38,405 bases of DNA from positions 1-38,405 of IMG/VR virus record IMGVR_UViG_3300027835_000012. One strand, written 5' to 3'. The number at the start of each line of letters is the position of its first letter. Positions within the stretch are counted from its first letter, which is position 1. Under the pieces are notes generated by a model. The model saw nothing but the letters and a program-made list of their open reading frames with translations, made no database searches and was not told the origin of the DNA. Below, in pieces: positions 8,613 to 16,676 of this stretch. Made by a program: the position numbers and the translations under genes. This stretch comes from a virus (taxonomy: Duplodnaviria > Caudoviricetes).

Positions 8613-9694
8613 AAAAATCCTGCTGTACTCACTCCATCATGTTGCAAATTAACTGTCGTGCGATCGCCCGTCATCTTCCGACGCTCAGCCTGAAGCATAG
8701 GAATAGCTCCATGCCGGAAGTCCATTCGAGGATTACCTTCGCGATTGCGCGCTGGTGCGGCATCGCCGTAAAAGAATGAGTTGCCCATCGCAGCGTTGCC
8801 TTCCTCCCAGTACTTAATCGCTTGCATTCCATCCTGGTACGTCGCGAGATTCTGAAAGAGCAACCAATCGTTATCATTTTTGATCGGCATCGGATTGACT
8901 GAGACGATGGCTAGCAGTGTTCGCGTCGTGCTTGTCGATGAACAACCTCCTACACGATTGAAATTCGTAATGTTCATCACCCGATACGTTGGAATCGTTT
9001 CATCCGGTTGGTAAATAGCCAACTGTTTACCTTCCAGAATAGTACCTGTATCAAGCTCATAAACTAGTAAACGCCAGTCAGTCACATCCTTGATTACACC
9101 TGTCGGAGAACCAGCAGCCCAGATTGTTGTCGTGTCCACGAATGGACTTGCAAGCGTTACCTGTTCTCCATCCTGAACAAAGCCTCCAAAGTTAGTGCGA
9201 ATCCAAACACCATTTTTGTCATAACCCTGATAAATAACTTTTTTCCCAACATCAGAAAGACCACCAATGTACGTCCGAATCTTTTTGTTCGTCCCGATTG
9301 TTTTGGTAAACGAACAATCGGTCAAATGATCTTCGAGAACTACGTCACCACAGCCGCAACAATTGCATACCGAACAACTACCAGTGAAACAATTACTTTT
9401 CGGATCGCAACTCACATGCGGTCTGACAAACTGAAACCATTCATTCTCAGTGCGTAACGGCATCCCATTGATCGTCGCTTTCTCGACAACCGCGACTTCA
9501 CGCGGCAGAACTAAACAACCATCTGTCAAACAGAACCGGACCAATCGAGTTGTGCCCCACCATCGTCCTAATGCGGATGCTCTTTCCTCGAACATCATAG
9601 CCCATTGAGCAAGCCGTGGGTCTGTAGGACAGACGGTTAAAATTGCGGGCACTCGCGAATTTTTGAGGTCAGCAAATGTATGGCGATTGCTCAT
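8609..9694 (-). CDS. Putative head-tail adaptor / tail tubular protein A-like
   Basis: 361 aa in the structural block; size, position and a W-W-G-T motif suggest an adaptor protein. Confidence 0.5.
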   Translation of the reverse strand: MSNRHTFADLKNSRVPAILTVCPTDPRLAQWAMMFEERASALGRWWGTTRLVRFCLTDGCLVLPREVAVVEKATINGMPLRTENEWFQFVRPHVSCDPKSNCFTGSCSVCNCCGCGDVVLEDHLTDCSFTKTIGTNKKIRTYIGGLSDVGKKVIYQGYDKNGVWIRTNFGGFVQDGEQVTLASPFVDTTTIWAAGSPTGVIKDVTDWRLLVYELDTGTILEGKQLAIYQPDETIPTYRVMNITNFNRVGGCSSTSTTRTLLAIVSVNPMPIKNDNDWLLFQNLATYQDGMQAIKYWEEGNAAMGNSFFYGDAAPARNREGNPRMDFRHGAIPMLQAERRKMTGDRTTVNLQHDGVSTAGFL

Positions 9695-9721
9695 TTCAAC
9701 AATTCTATGAATCAGGAAGTG

Positions 9722-10498
9722 TCATGGCACGACGTAGTTAGATCGAATCGTTCTCTTGATGATCCAAAGCGCTTTTACTGGATGCAGAACATTTCCCTTC
9801 TGTTGGGTTGCGGCGTACTTGATCGTATCCGCCAGCAATTCGGTTTGCTGCGCGCAAAGTATATTAGGCCGAATCATCTGCATAAGCCTAACGTCACAGG
9901 ATTCTCCTCCAGGATCGGTATGCGACCACTTCTTACCAATGTTGTTATCTCCTCCATCCGCTGGCCAGACCAGATGCGTATGTGGACCCACTTCTTCTCT
10001 ACCTTGTAAATGTCCACCTTCTCCAACCGTATCTCCTACAGCGAGCGTTCTTGCAGGCGAAATATCGTTTGGAATCAAACCAGCGCCAATAGGTGAACGT
10101 CCATCAAAAGTATGATCGACTTCCCACATCGCTCCACTATTGGCTGTCGGTGGAGTGATCGTAGGATTATTACCGTCGCCACCATCGAACGACCAGACCG
10201 ATGGTTCAGTTCCAAATCGTGACCGCCGTTCATCGACATCAAAAGGCCAGACCGGCATGAACCAGATACCGCTGAATTGGTACAATCCAGTCGGACCGAA
10301 AGCATCGGTCACAGTCTTGAACCAAGGGAAAGCGTTGAAAGCTGGGTCAGGCTTGGTCGATCCAATGCTAAAGAAAGTGGATGCAGTCAATTCGGTTTGG
10401 TACTGAGCCCCGAAATCCAGAAGGGTCTGCTGCCAATTTGAGAAACAGTAATTTGGAGAAAGTGTACCGACTCGTAAGCTAAGTAAAATTGTTGCCAT
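9722..10498 (-). CDS. Tail collar / baseplate-like structural protein
   Basis: 'GRSPIGAG...VGDTVGEGGH.Q...E..PHTH...NVLHP...WIIKRT' matches tail-collar-type C-terminal motifs. Confidence 0.65.
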   Translation of the reverse strand: MATILLSLRVGTLSPNYCFSNWQQTLLDFGAQYQTELTASTFFSIGSTKPDPAFNAFPWFKTVTDAFGPTGLYQFSGIWFMPVWPFDVDERRSRFGTEPSVWSFDGGDGNNPTITPPTANSGAMWEVDHTFDGRSPIGAGLIPNDISPARTLAVGDTVGEGGHLQGREEVGPHTHLVWPADGGDNNIGKKWSHTDPGGESCDVRLMQMIRPNILCAQQTELLADTIKYAATQQKGNVLHPVKALWIIKRTIRSNYVVP

Positions 10499-10543
10499 TT
10501 AATTCAGTTGCCTTTCTAAAAGACAAAAGGCAAAGTTGTCCTG

Positions 10544-11293
10544 ATGCATTTTACGAATCTGATGAGAGCAGAAGATATTCCTCCAGCGTTGAGGGGCGCA
10601 TTTGAGCGATGGAGAAATTTTTGTGCGCAACCATTGCGCGATAGATTTTGGGGAAAAGTCAAAATCGGTAGTCCTGACGAATGCTGGCCATATCAAGGTG
10701 CACCCAGTCCACGCGGTTACATGCAATTTGCAGTGAATGGTCGCCAATGGCGAGCACACCGCATCGCTTGGATATTGGAGCGAGGTCATATTCCAGATGG
10801 CCATTTTGTTTGCCACAAATGCGACAACCCTCCTTGTTGCAATCCAAATCATCTTTTTACAGGCACCGTGCAAGATAATCATGCAGACATGATGGCAAAA
10901 GGACGCCATCCGAAAGGGGCTGCATGGAAACGAAGTAATCTTACTGATGCTATCGTTTTGGAAATCAGGAAACGTTACCATCCAGGAAAAACTACTTACG
11001 AAATGTTGGCACGCGAATTTGGAGTCTCCAATGTTGATGTCGGCCTTATTGTTAGAGGCAAGATTTGGAAACATCTTCCCGTAGAAGAACGCAAACCACG
11101 TGTTCGTCCAAAAGGTGAGCAAATTGGAAGAGCGGTTCTTACTGAGGCAATAGTTAAAGAGATCAAACGGCGCCTCGCCAATGGAGAGAAACAGTCGTCG
11201 ATTGCCCGAATAATGCTTCTTAACAAACATACCGTTGGTCATGTAGCCAGAAGAAGATGTTGGAAACATGTTCAAATCATTCCCACTGTTTAG
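10544..11293 (+). CDS. HNH homing endonuclease with duplicated C-terminal HTH
   Basis: RFWGKV...ECWPYQG...RAHRIAW...VCHKCDNPPCCNPNHLFTGTVQDNHADM, followed by two LT(D/E)AIV.EI...WKH repeats. Confidence 0.92.
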   Translation: MHFTNLMRAEDIPPALRGAFERWRNFCAQPLRDRFWGKVKIGSPDECWPYQGAPSPRGYMQFAVNGRQWRAHRIAWILERGHIPDGHFVCHKCDNPPCCNPNHLFTGTVQDNHADMMAKGRHPKGAAWKRSNLTDAIVLEIRKRYHPGKTTYEMLAREFGVSNVDVGLIVRGKIWKHLPVEERKPRVRPKGEQIGRAVLTEAIVKEIKRRLANGEKQSSIARIMLLNKHTVGHVARRRCWKHVQIIPTV

Positions 11294-11517
11294 TAGCCTC
11301 CCATCGGCGATGCTGGAGAAATTTGGCGTGCCGCAGCGAGTAATCGGCCTTTCGGCGTATTGTCCTCCTCGGTGGCCCGGATGCGTTGGTCGTGAAGCCG
11401 TCTATGATGATCGGCTAATGCACGATGCTTGGATGCCAACGCTTCGTGGGAAGCCATCTGTTTTGCGTGAAACCCAGCATCACCATCAGCGTCAGGGTCG
11501 GCTTTAGTTTTGGCCAT
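11290..11517 (-). CDS. Small His/Ala-rich hypothetical protein
   Basis: MAKTKADPDA... start preceded by GAAAGGAC RBS-like sequence; may start upstream at 11550. Confidence 0.55.
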   Translation of the reverse strand: MAKTKADPDADGDAGFHAKQMASHEALASKHRALADHHRRLHDQRIRATEEDNTPKGRLLAAARQISPASPMGGY

Positions 11518-11580
11518 AATTGGTCCTTTCGTTATCTCTCTATAAACCACCAGGGCACATTTGGGAAGGCTAAAATAAGC

Positions 11581-11718
11581 TTGACTTTCAACCTGGATTC
11601 AGCGATTGATTCTTTTGTGACGCTTAAATATCAGGAACCCAATGTAGGCACGCGCTTGGCCAAAAGCTTTGGTAAGCGTCACAACTTCCTTTGCCGATAT
11701 TCCGAGTGCGTGCCTTTT
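11581..11718 (+). promoter_or_regulatory. Putative promoter plus multi-pseudoknot leader of the RAMP-like gene (copy 2)
   Basis: TTGACT at 11581. Pairings: 11615-11626/11673-11684 (12 bp perfect), 11627-11632/11696-11701, 11633-11637/11686-11690, 11646-11659/11702-11715 followed by TTT. Hairpin at 11660-11672. Confidence 0.6.
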
Positions 11719-11732
11719 CCTCATCAATCATC

Positions 11733-12425
11733 ATGGTAAAACTCAAATCAACACCGCGTTTGTCAGTCACTAATGGAGAACAAAACACTCCAATCGCCAT
11801 TCAAATCAAGGCCCCGAATTTTAAAACTGCTGTTTTTGAAATCAGGGGAACATCTCCGCTGGTCATCCATCGGTTCAGCGCCAAGACCAAACAGCAAATG
11901 AAAGATAAAATGGAGGCGGGCAAGTCTTCATCTTCCAAAAAGAATCGCGAAGCCCAATCCACAGATCAACTATTCCAAGACGCACGGTATATCAGCGCCG
12001 AAGGCTGGGATGGTTTCCACGCCGGATCAATTCGTAACGCCATGATCTCAGCCTGCCGGTTGGTCAGCTTCAAAATGACGCTGGCCAAATTAAGCGTTTT
12101 CGTGGTTGCCGATGGAACCGATAAATTGGAACCGCAAATCCCATTGATCCGAATCTATGGAAAGGCTGTCAAACAGGAAGATATGGCGCGGGTGGAAACC
12201 GGACAACCGTACGTGACGGTTCGTGCTGCTTACCACGATTGGTCGGCTAAAGTGCAAATCCGCTGGGATGCCGATCAATTCAGCATTCAGGACGTGAGCA
12301 ATCTACTTATGCGTGTAGGTCAACAAGTCGGCCTTTGTGAAGGGCGTTACGATTCTAAAAATTCAGCCGGTTTAGGCTGGGGATGTTTTGAACTAACCAA
12401 TGAAAACAATCGAAATAATCAGTGA
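11733..12425 (+). CDS. Stand-alone RAMP/Cas7-like protein (Vipr-like)
   Basis: N-terminal strand 'FEIRGTSPLVIHRF', 'GFHAGSIRNAMISACR', 'RAAYHDWSAKVQIRWD' and a C-terminal Gly-rich loop 'VGLCEGRYDSKNSAGLGWGCFEL' give a RAMP-superfamily layout. ATG at 11733 preferred over TTG at 11691. Confidence 0.75.
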   Translation: MVKLKSTPRLSVTNGEQNTPIAIQIKAPNFKTAVFEIRGTSPLVIHRFSAKTKQQMKDKMEAGKSSSSKKNREAQSTDQLFQDARYISAEGWDGFHAGSIRNAMISACRLVSFKMTLAKLSVFVVADGTDKLEPQIPLIRIYGKAVKQEDMARVETGQPYVTVRAAYHDWSAKVQIRWDADQFSIQDVSNLLMRVGQQVGLCEGRYDSKNSAGLGWGCFELTNENNRNNQ

Positions 12426-12876
12426 ACTACAGCGCATTGAACAGGCTGGCGGAGGAATACTCCAGCCTGCCGCTATCGTGGAAGCCGCGCGTCCGATTTC
12501 CTCTCCGCTCCATTCCAGATTTGAATGGGATAACGTGAAGGCATCAGATGAATACCGCATTTGGCAAGCGCGTTCGTTGATTCGGCTTTGTATAACTGTG
12601 ATTTCGAATTCTCCCAATCCAGATGGGGATCGGATGTGGGTGAGCCTAAAAACGGATCGCGTTAAGGAAGGCGGTGGGTATCGCCCGTTAGTTCAGGTTC
12701 TATCCAATATTAAAATGCGTGATGAACTGCTTCAGGATGCGTTGGATGAATTCTCCTACTTCCAACAAAAGTTTGGAGCATTGAAAGAATTAGCGGAAGT
12801 ATTTCGCGCAATGAAAAAGACCCATGTACAACATCGTCGCACGACACTGCGTCAACAGGCTGAAATCCGGGCTTAG
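12400..12876 (+). CDS. Accessory protein of the RAMP-like cassette
   Basis: Overlaps the RAMP-like gene. Conserved-looking 'IVEAARP.SSPLH..FEWD...A...YRIWQAR.LIR' motif. Its stop codon abuts the array. Confidence 0.8.
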   Translation: MKTIEIISELQRIEQAGGGILQPAAIVEAARPISSPLHSRFEWDNVKASDEYRIWQARSLIRLCITVISNSPNPDGDRMWVSLKTDRVKEGGGYRPLVQVLSNIKMRDELLQDALDEFSYFQQKFGALKELAEVFRAMKKTHVQHRRTTLRQQAEIRA

Positions 12877-13295
12877 GTACGGCAGGAAAGACTGGGTCAG
12901 GAAAGGCGTGGGTTGGAAAGGCGTGGCAGGCTAGGCGCAGTGGGGACCGAGCTGGTGTAGTTGAGATGGGATCGGAATGGCAGGCATGGCAGGTGGGGTG
13001 GGGTGGGGAAATAAGGGGCAGGGATAGAAAAGACATGGCAGGTAAAGAGCGAAAGGGTCTGATAGGTCGTGACACAGAGAGCAGGGGAGAGCATGGGAAA
13101 GGCAGGCATGGAGTGGTTGGAAATGGTCAGCAACAGACCGGGAGGGTTTGGCAGGTATGAATTGGCCAGGACGGACGAGATGGGGAAGGGATGTGTTTGG
13201 CTTGGAAAGGCAGGCTGGGATTGCCTGGGAACGGAATGGACGGAACGGGACTGGAATAGATTGGCAGGCGCGGAAGGCATGAAACGGTAAGGCGA
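12876..13295 (+). repeat. Non-coding pentamer-periodic (GG-N-NN) array, candidate guide-RNA array
   Basis: GGCA-delimited units start at 12881, 12925, 12979, 12988, 13037, 13101, 13150, 13209 and 13263. Complete units are 44, 54, 9, 49, 64, 49, 59 and 54 nt (all 5n+4). By hand count 44 of 70 pentamers begin with GG and 69 of 70 have G at position 1 or 2. Confidence 0.9.
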
Positions 13296-13296
13296 G

Positions 13297-15162
13297 TTAT
13301 CCAGAGCCGCATGGAGCTTCAATGCTGTAGTCGAACAAAGGATCAAGACACATCTCAACCAGCGTGCAAGCTTGGTTGGTAGGACATTCCGGAATGGTTT
13401 CCGGTATTGGCACAGCCCAAATAAGCGCTTGATGCAACTGCATGTGCCCCTTCCATTCGAACCGTAATTGAAAGAAGTACCCGGTTCGCATCAAGCGACC
13501 AGTAATTGTATTGCAATCGTCCTTTGGCGACGGCAATCGCACAAACGTCGCGAATTGCTGCTGAACATCCTGGAACGTAGGACAATTTGCCGTCGAACAA
13601 TCCTTCGATGTGGCACAGAATGAAAATGAATGCCAATCAACAAAGTTCGGATTTTGATCCGATTTGTACCTTATTTTAACGTTAACTGTTCCGGTTATCT
13701 TTTCTGGAAACAGATCAGCAGTAAGCAATTTTTTAAGCGGCAACTTCACCGAATCTGGCTGATATTCCTGACCGTATGCGGTACGAGCGTCCATACCCCA
13801 CAATGCGCGTGATTCTATAGCACAGCCAATTTGCACATCGTTCACGCCATCAAAGTCGAAACTGTAAGCCTCGTCTGGATGAAGTTCGTAAAGACAAATG
13901 CCGAGCGTGCAATCCAATGCAAAGATGAAACACCGTTCGACACCGCCAATTGTTCCCGTGAGAATTTGAAGGATCGGAAGCCCGGTCCATAAACCGTCAT
14001 AATCAGGATTACTCCGTTGCGTTATGCTACTTACATTGTTGAAGTCTAACGCGATAAGACCACGATGAGCAACGCCGCGATCCTTAACCTCATAAGGTGA
14101 GCATGTCTCTAAAAGCCTATTTTGAAAAACTACTCCACTACCAAAGCCCAGTAAGAAAGGAATGTCGCTTTTCAAAACACGAGTCATCTCCGTAGAAAGC
14201 GGTGTCTGAACCCAAGTATTGTAATCTCGTCGTGCGATGGCGAAAGATCGGAAACCGTCCACAGAACGATACCAAAGATCAGCGTTGATCGTTACTGTCC
14301 CATTCTGCGAAAGCGGTCCGTAGGAAGGAAGCGAATTGGTCTGCGACGGAAATTGAATATCAATCCAATCTTGAGCATTAAGTGGAAGGTTGACTGTAAA
14401 AATGCCCTTCCTAGTTCCAATCTGTGTTGGGCCTTGTCCTGAGAACGTATCAGGCACACCCGCGGAAGAAATAGCATTGATGATTCCGGCGTTGGCTGGA
14501 ACACCAAAAGCCGCGCCGCCCAGGATTGTTTTGTTTTCCGTCGTCTTTAAAATAGCATCACGACCGCCGTAACCACCACTGGTCCCTCGGCTGTACACCA
14601 AATCGCCAGCGATATAGGATTTTCGATCTGGCAATGCCATGACAATACGTCCATTTGAATAGTGACCCATCGCACCTGCTGGAAGTTCGGACCCAGCAAT
14701 TCCTTTGCTTCGTCGCAATCCAGCGCCATCCCAGAAGAGTGGATTGGATTGGGCATCATTGATAAATTCGAAATTCTCCCCCTGAAACATCCAGACTTGT
14801 CTGACATTCGGATCATTCAAATCTCCCCCCAGCGAAATATTCTGAACGGTGCCAATATTGCCGCTAATCAGAAAACGATAAATGCTCCCGGAGATAGCGG
14901 CCAAGAGACAGCTTTGTCCTCCAAGATTTGCCTCGTAAAATCCAGCTCCTTGAAATCGCGCAAATCGTTTCGTCGCAGCTGGCCAAGTCAATTTGATCTT
15001 ACGTATGGCCGGTCGCGTTCCTGCCCGTCCTCCTCGATTCGTGATATTCTGTGCCCACGCAAGTTGACTGGGCAAAAGTTCAGTCGGCTTGATTCCACTG
15101 TGGACGCCCTGGCTCGTGATCGAGATTTTCTCTAGGAAAGCATTGGGAATCGGAGCAGCCAT
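13297..15162 (-). CDS. Tail tubular protein B / nozzle (stabilisation protein)-like
   Basis: 621 aa, beta-rich; 'GVHSGIKP..L...Q.AWAQN...RGG...TRP' N-terminus typical of podovirus nozzle proteins. Confidence 0.7.
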   Translation of the reverse strand: MAAPIPNAFLEKISITSQGVHSGIKPTELLPSQLAWAQNITNRGGRAGTRPAIRKIKLTWPAATKRFARFQGAGFYEANLGGQSCLLAAISGSIYRFLISGNIGTVQNISLGGDLNDPNVRQVWMFQGENFEFINDAQSNPLFWDGAGLRRSKGIAGSELPAGAMGHYSNGRIVMALPDRKSYIAGDLVYSRGTSGGYGGRDAILKTTENKTILGGAAFGVPANAGIINAISSAGVPDTFSGQGPTQIGTRKGIFTVNLPLNAQDWIDIQFPSQTNSLPSYGPLSQNGTVTINADLWYRSVDGFRSFAIARRDYNTWVQTPLSTEMTRVLKSDIPFLLGFGSGVVFQNRLLETCSPYEVKDRGVAHRGLIALDFNNVSSITQRSNPDYDGLWTGLPILQILTGTIGGVERCFIFALDCTLGICLYELHPDEAYSFDFDGVNDVQIGCAIESRALWGMDARTAYGQEYQPDSVKLPLKKLLTADLFPEKITGTVNVKIRYKSDQNPNFVDWHSFSFCATSKDCSTANCPTFQDVQQQFATFVRLPSPKDDCNTITGRLMRTGYFFQLRFEWKGHMQLHQALIWAVPIPETIPECPTNQACTLVEMCLDPLFDYSIEAPCGSG

Positions 15163-15164
15163 GA

Positions 15165-16508
15165 CTAATCAAGCTTCTCCCCGAATACATAAAAGTCCGC
15201 CGTAGCCGCTGCACCCTGTGGTGTCCCGCAACGTAAGAAAAGTTGTACCGGCGTTTGTACATCTGTTAATCCAACACCCGCAACCGTCAAATCCTTGTAC
15301 TTGGACGCCGCTGTAAGAGCAGATAAGACTTGATCAGCACAGATCGCTCCCACACCGCCCGCTGTATTGAAAACTCCAGCCGTTGCGACCGTTAGACTGA
15401 TCGAAGCATTAACTCCGATTACTCGTCGCACGATATAATTTACGGAAGAAATCGGAATTGGTGTGTCTGTTGCTCCAACATTCAGATTAACTCCAATAAC
15501 AACTCCAAGAAGACCATATCTCGGAAGAAATTTAGTTACTGCATTGGATGCCGCTATCAGCCTTCCTTTCGCATCCACGGTGAATTGCGGGATTGTTGTC
15601 GAACCTCCATACGTACCCGCTACTACCGCTGTCGTCACTAATGTTGGACTCGGATATGTTCCTGTGAGATCACCTCCAGCACCACCTCCAGGAACGACAC
15701 CAGCGATTGGCACGTTAACCATTGCTGTGATTCGACCGGAAACATCGGTAGTTACTTGGGCGACATTTAACGCATCTCCTCTTGTAATCGCACCAACTCC
15801 TGTCGCGGTCATTTTCGCTGTCGTAACCTTGCCTGCACCGATAACTGGATTTGGATATGTTCCAGTCAAGTCTCCACCTGCCGCACCTATCAAAATGCCA
15901 TCAATTCCCTGTAAACCTCCAGGCACAATCTTGTTTGCAGCAGCCAAGATCGTCCCTTGTGCGACATTTGGAATATAATGATTAGATCCATCAGCGATAT
16001 TCTGAATTCTTACGCTTGTCGCCGATGGCAATGAAATCACCAGCATGTAGCCCCAAGACTGGACAAAAGCAATTTCTCCGGGCGTCAGGAATCCAGTGCT
16101 GCTCGTCGTATTGACCGTCACGCTCTGTTTGTATGTGATGCTCTGGACACCACCCACAGTCGCATTAGTCGTCAATGTGATTTGGATTGGGCTATCAACA
16201 GAAAGAATCGTTGTTCCGCCAGAAATCCCAGTCCCGGAAACATCCATTCCAGGGACGAGAGTCGCTGTTGAGACAAGCGCGACAGTAGGAAATCCAATCG
16301 TCAGTGTGCTGGAAAGCACCTGAATCGGATAGGGCATCTGTGGTTGCGGATTCGGCGCGTAATTTGCAACCAAAGTGAAGGCATCAATCCCGTTGACGCA
16401 CGGGACGCACGGAGGACCTGGAGGACCTGGAATGCCAGGCAGCGGAACAGCCGTTGTGACAGGACAAGGAGAACAGCAATCAATAGGGCTGGGGAGCGCT
16501 TGTGACAT
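15165..16508 (-). CDS. Tail fibre-like protein with a short collagen-like segment
   Basis: PGIPGPPGPP; two AGGDLTGTYP(N/S)P repeats and two 'T.D..GR...' repeats. Confidence 0.7.
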   Translation of the reverse strand: MSQALPSPIDCCSPCPVTTAVPLPGIPGPPGPPCVPCVNGIDAFTLVANYAPNPQPQMPYPIQVLSSTLTIGFPTVALVSTATLVPGMDVSGTGISGGTTILSVDSPIQITLTTNATVGGVQSITYKQSVTVNTTSSTGFLTPGEIAFVQSWGYMLVISLPSATSVRIQNIADGSNHYIPNVAQGTILAAANKIVPGGLQGIDGILIGAAGGDLTGTYPNPVIGAGKVTTAKMTATGVGAITRGDALNVAQVTTDVSGRITAMVNVPIAGVVPGGGAGGDLTGTYPSPTLVTTAVVAGTYGGSTTIPQFTVDAKGRLIAASNAVTKFLPRYGLLGVVIGVNLNVGATDTPIPISSVNYIVRRVIGVNASISLTVATAGVFNTAGGVGAICADQVLSALTAASKYKDLTVAGVGLTDVQTPVQLFLRCGTPQGAAATADFYVFGEKLD

Positions 16509-16538
16509 AAGTTTCCTATCGCATTCGCTGAACTATCC

Positions 16539-16676
16539 TTGACTTTCATTCATCCTGCAACCACATTCACGGCGGCTTATGAAACCAAGCCATCTCACAT
16601 TTCGGTCGCTCCGGCGTCTTTGGGTCAATGCGTCTGTCGTTGACCCGGTTTCTACGCCGTGAGCGACCTTTGATTT
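16539..16676 (+). promoter_or_regulatory. Putative promoter plus structured leader of terminase (copy 3)
   Basis: TTGACT at 16539. Hairpin GGCTT/AAGCC (16574-16591) whose loop GAAACC complements GGTTTC (16647-16652). Long stem 16604-16617/16654-16668 with inner hairpin 16622-16646, then TTTGATTT-ATG. Confidence 0.6.

Noticed and set aside
10499-11275. 258-aa - strand ORF
   Set aside because: Antisense shadow of the clear HNH endonuclease gene.
12992-13008. G-quadruplex as the explanation for the array
   Set aside because: A local GGTGGGGTGGGGTGGGG could form one, but it does not explain the strict 5n+4 unit lengths over 420 nt.
12876-13295. Classical CRISPR array
   Set aside because: There are no 23-50-nt identical repeats with unique spacers. 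Conservation is a 5-nt periodic scaffold plus a short GGCAGG delimiter.
11581-13295. Self-target of the array within this window
   Set aside because: A gapped search of 38 kb cannot be done reliably by eye, so no target is claimed.
12710-13358. ORFs over the array (12710-13075, 12897-13358, 12966-13160, 13069-13290, 13127-13312)
   Set aside because: Their low-complexity G/W/R or P/S/L translations arise from the 5-nt periodic G-rich sequence, and a period of 5 is not codon-compatible.
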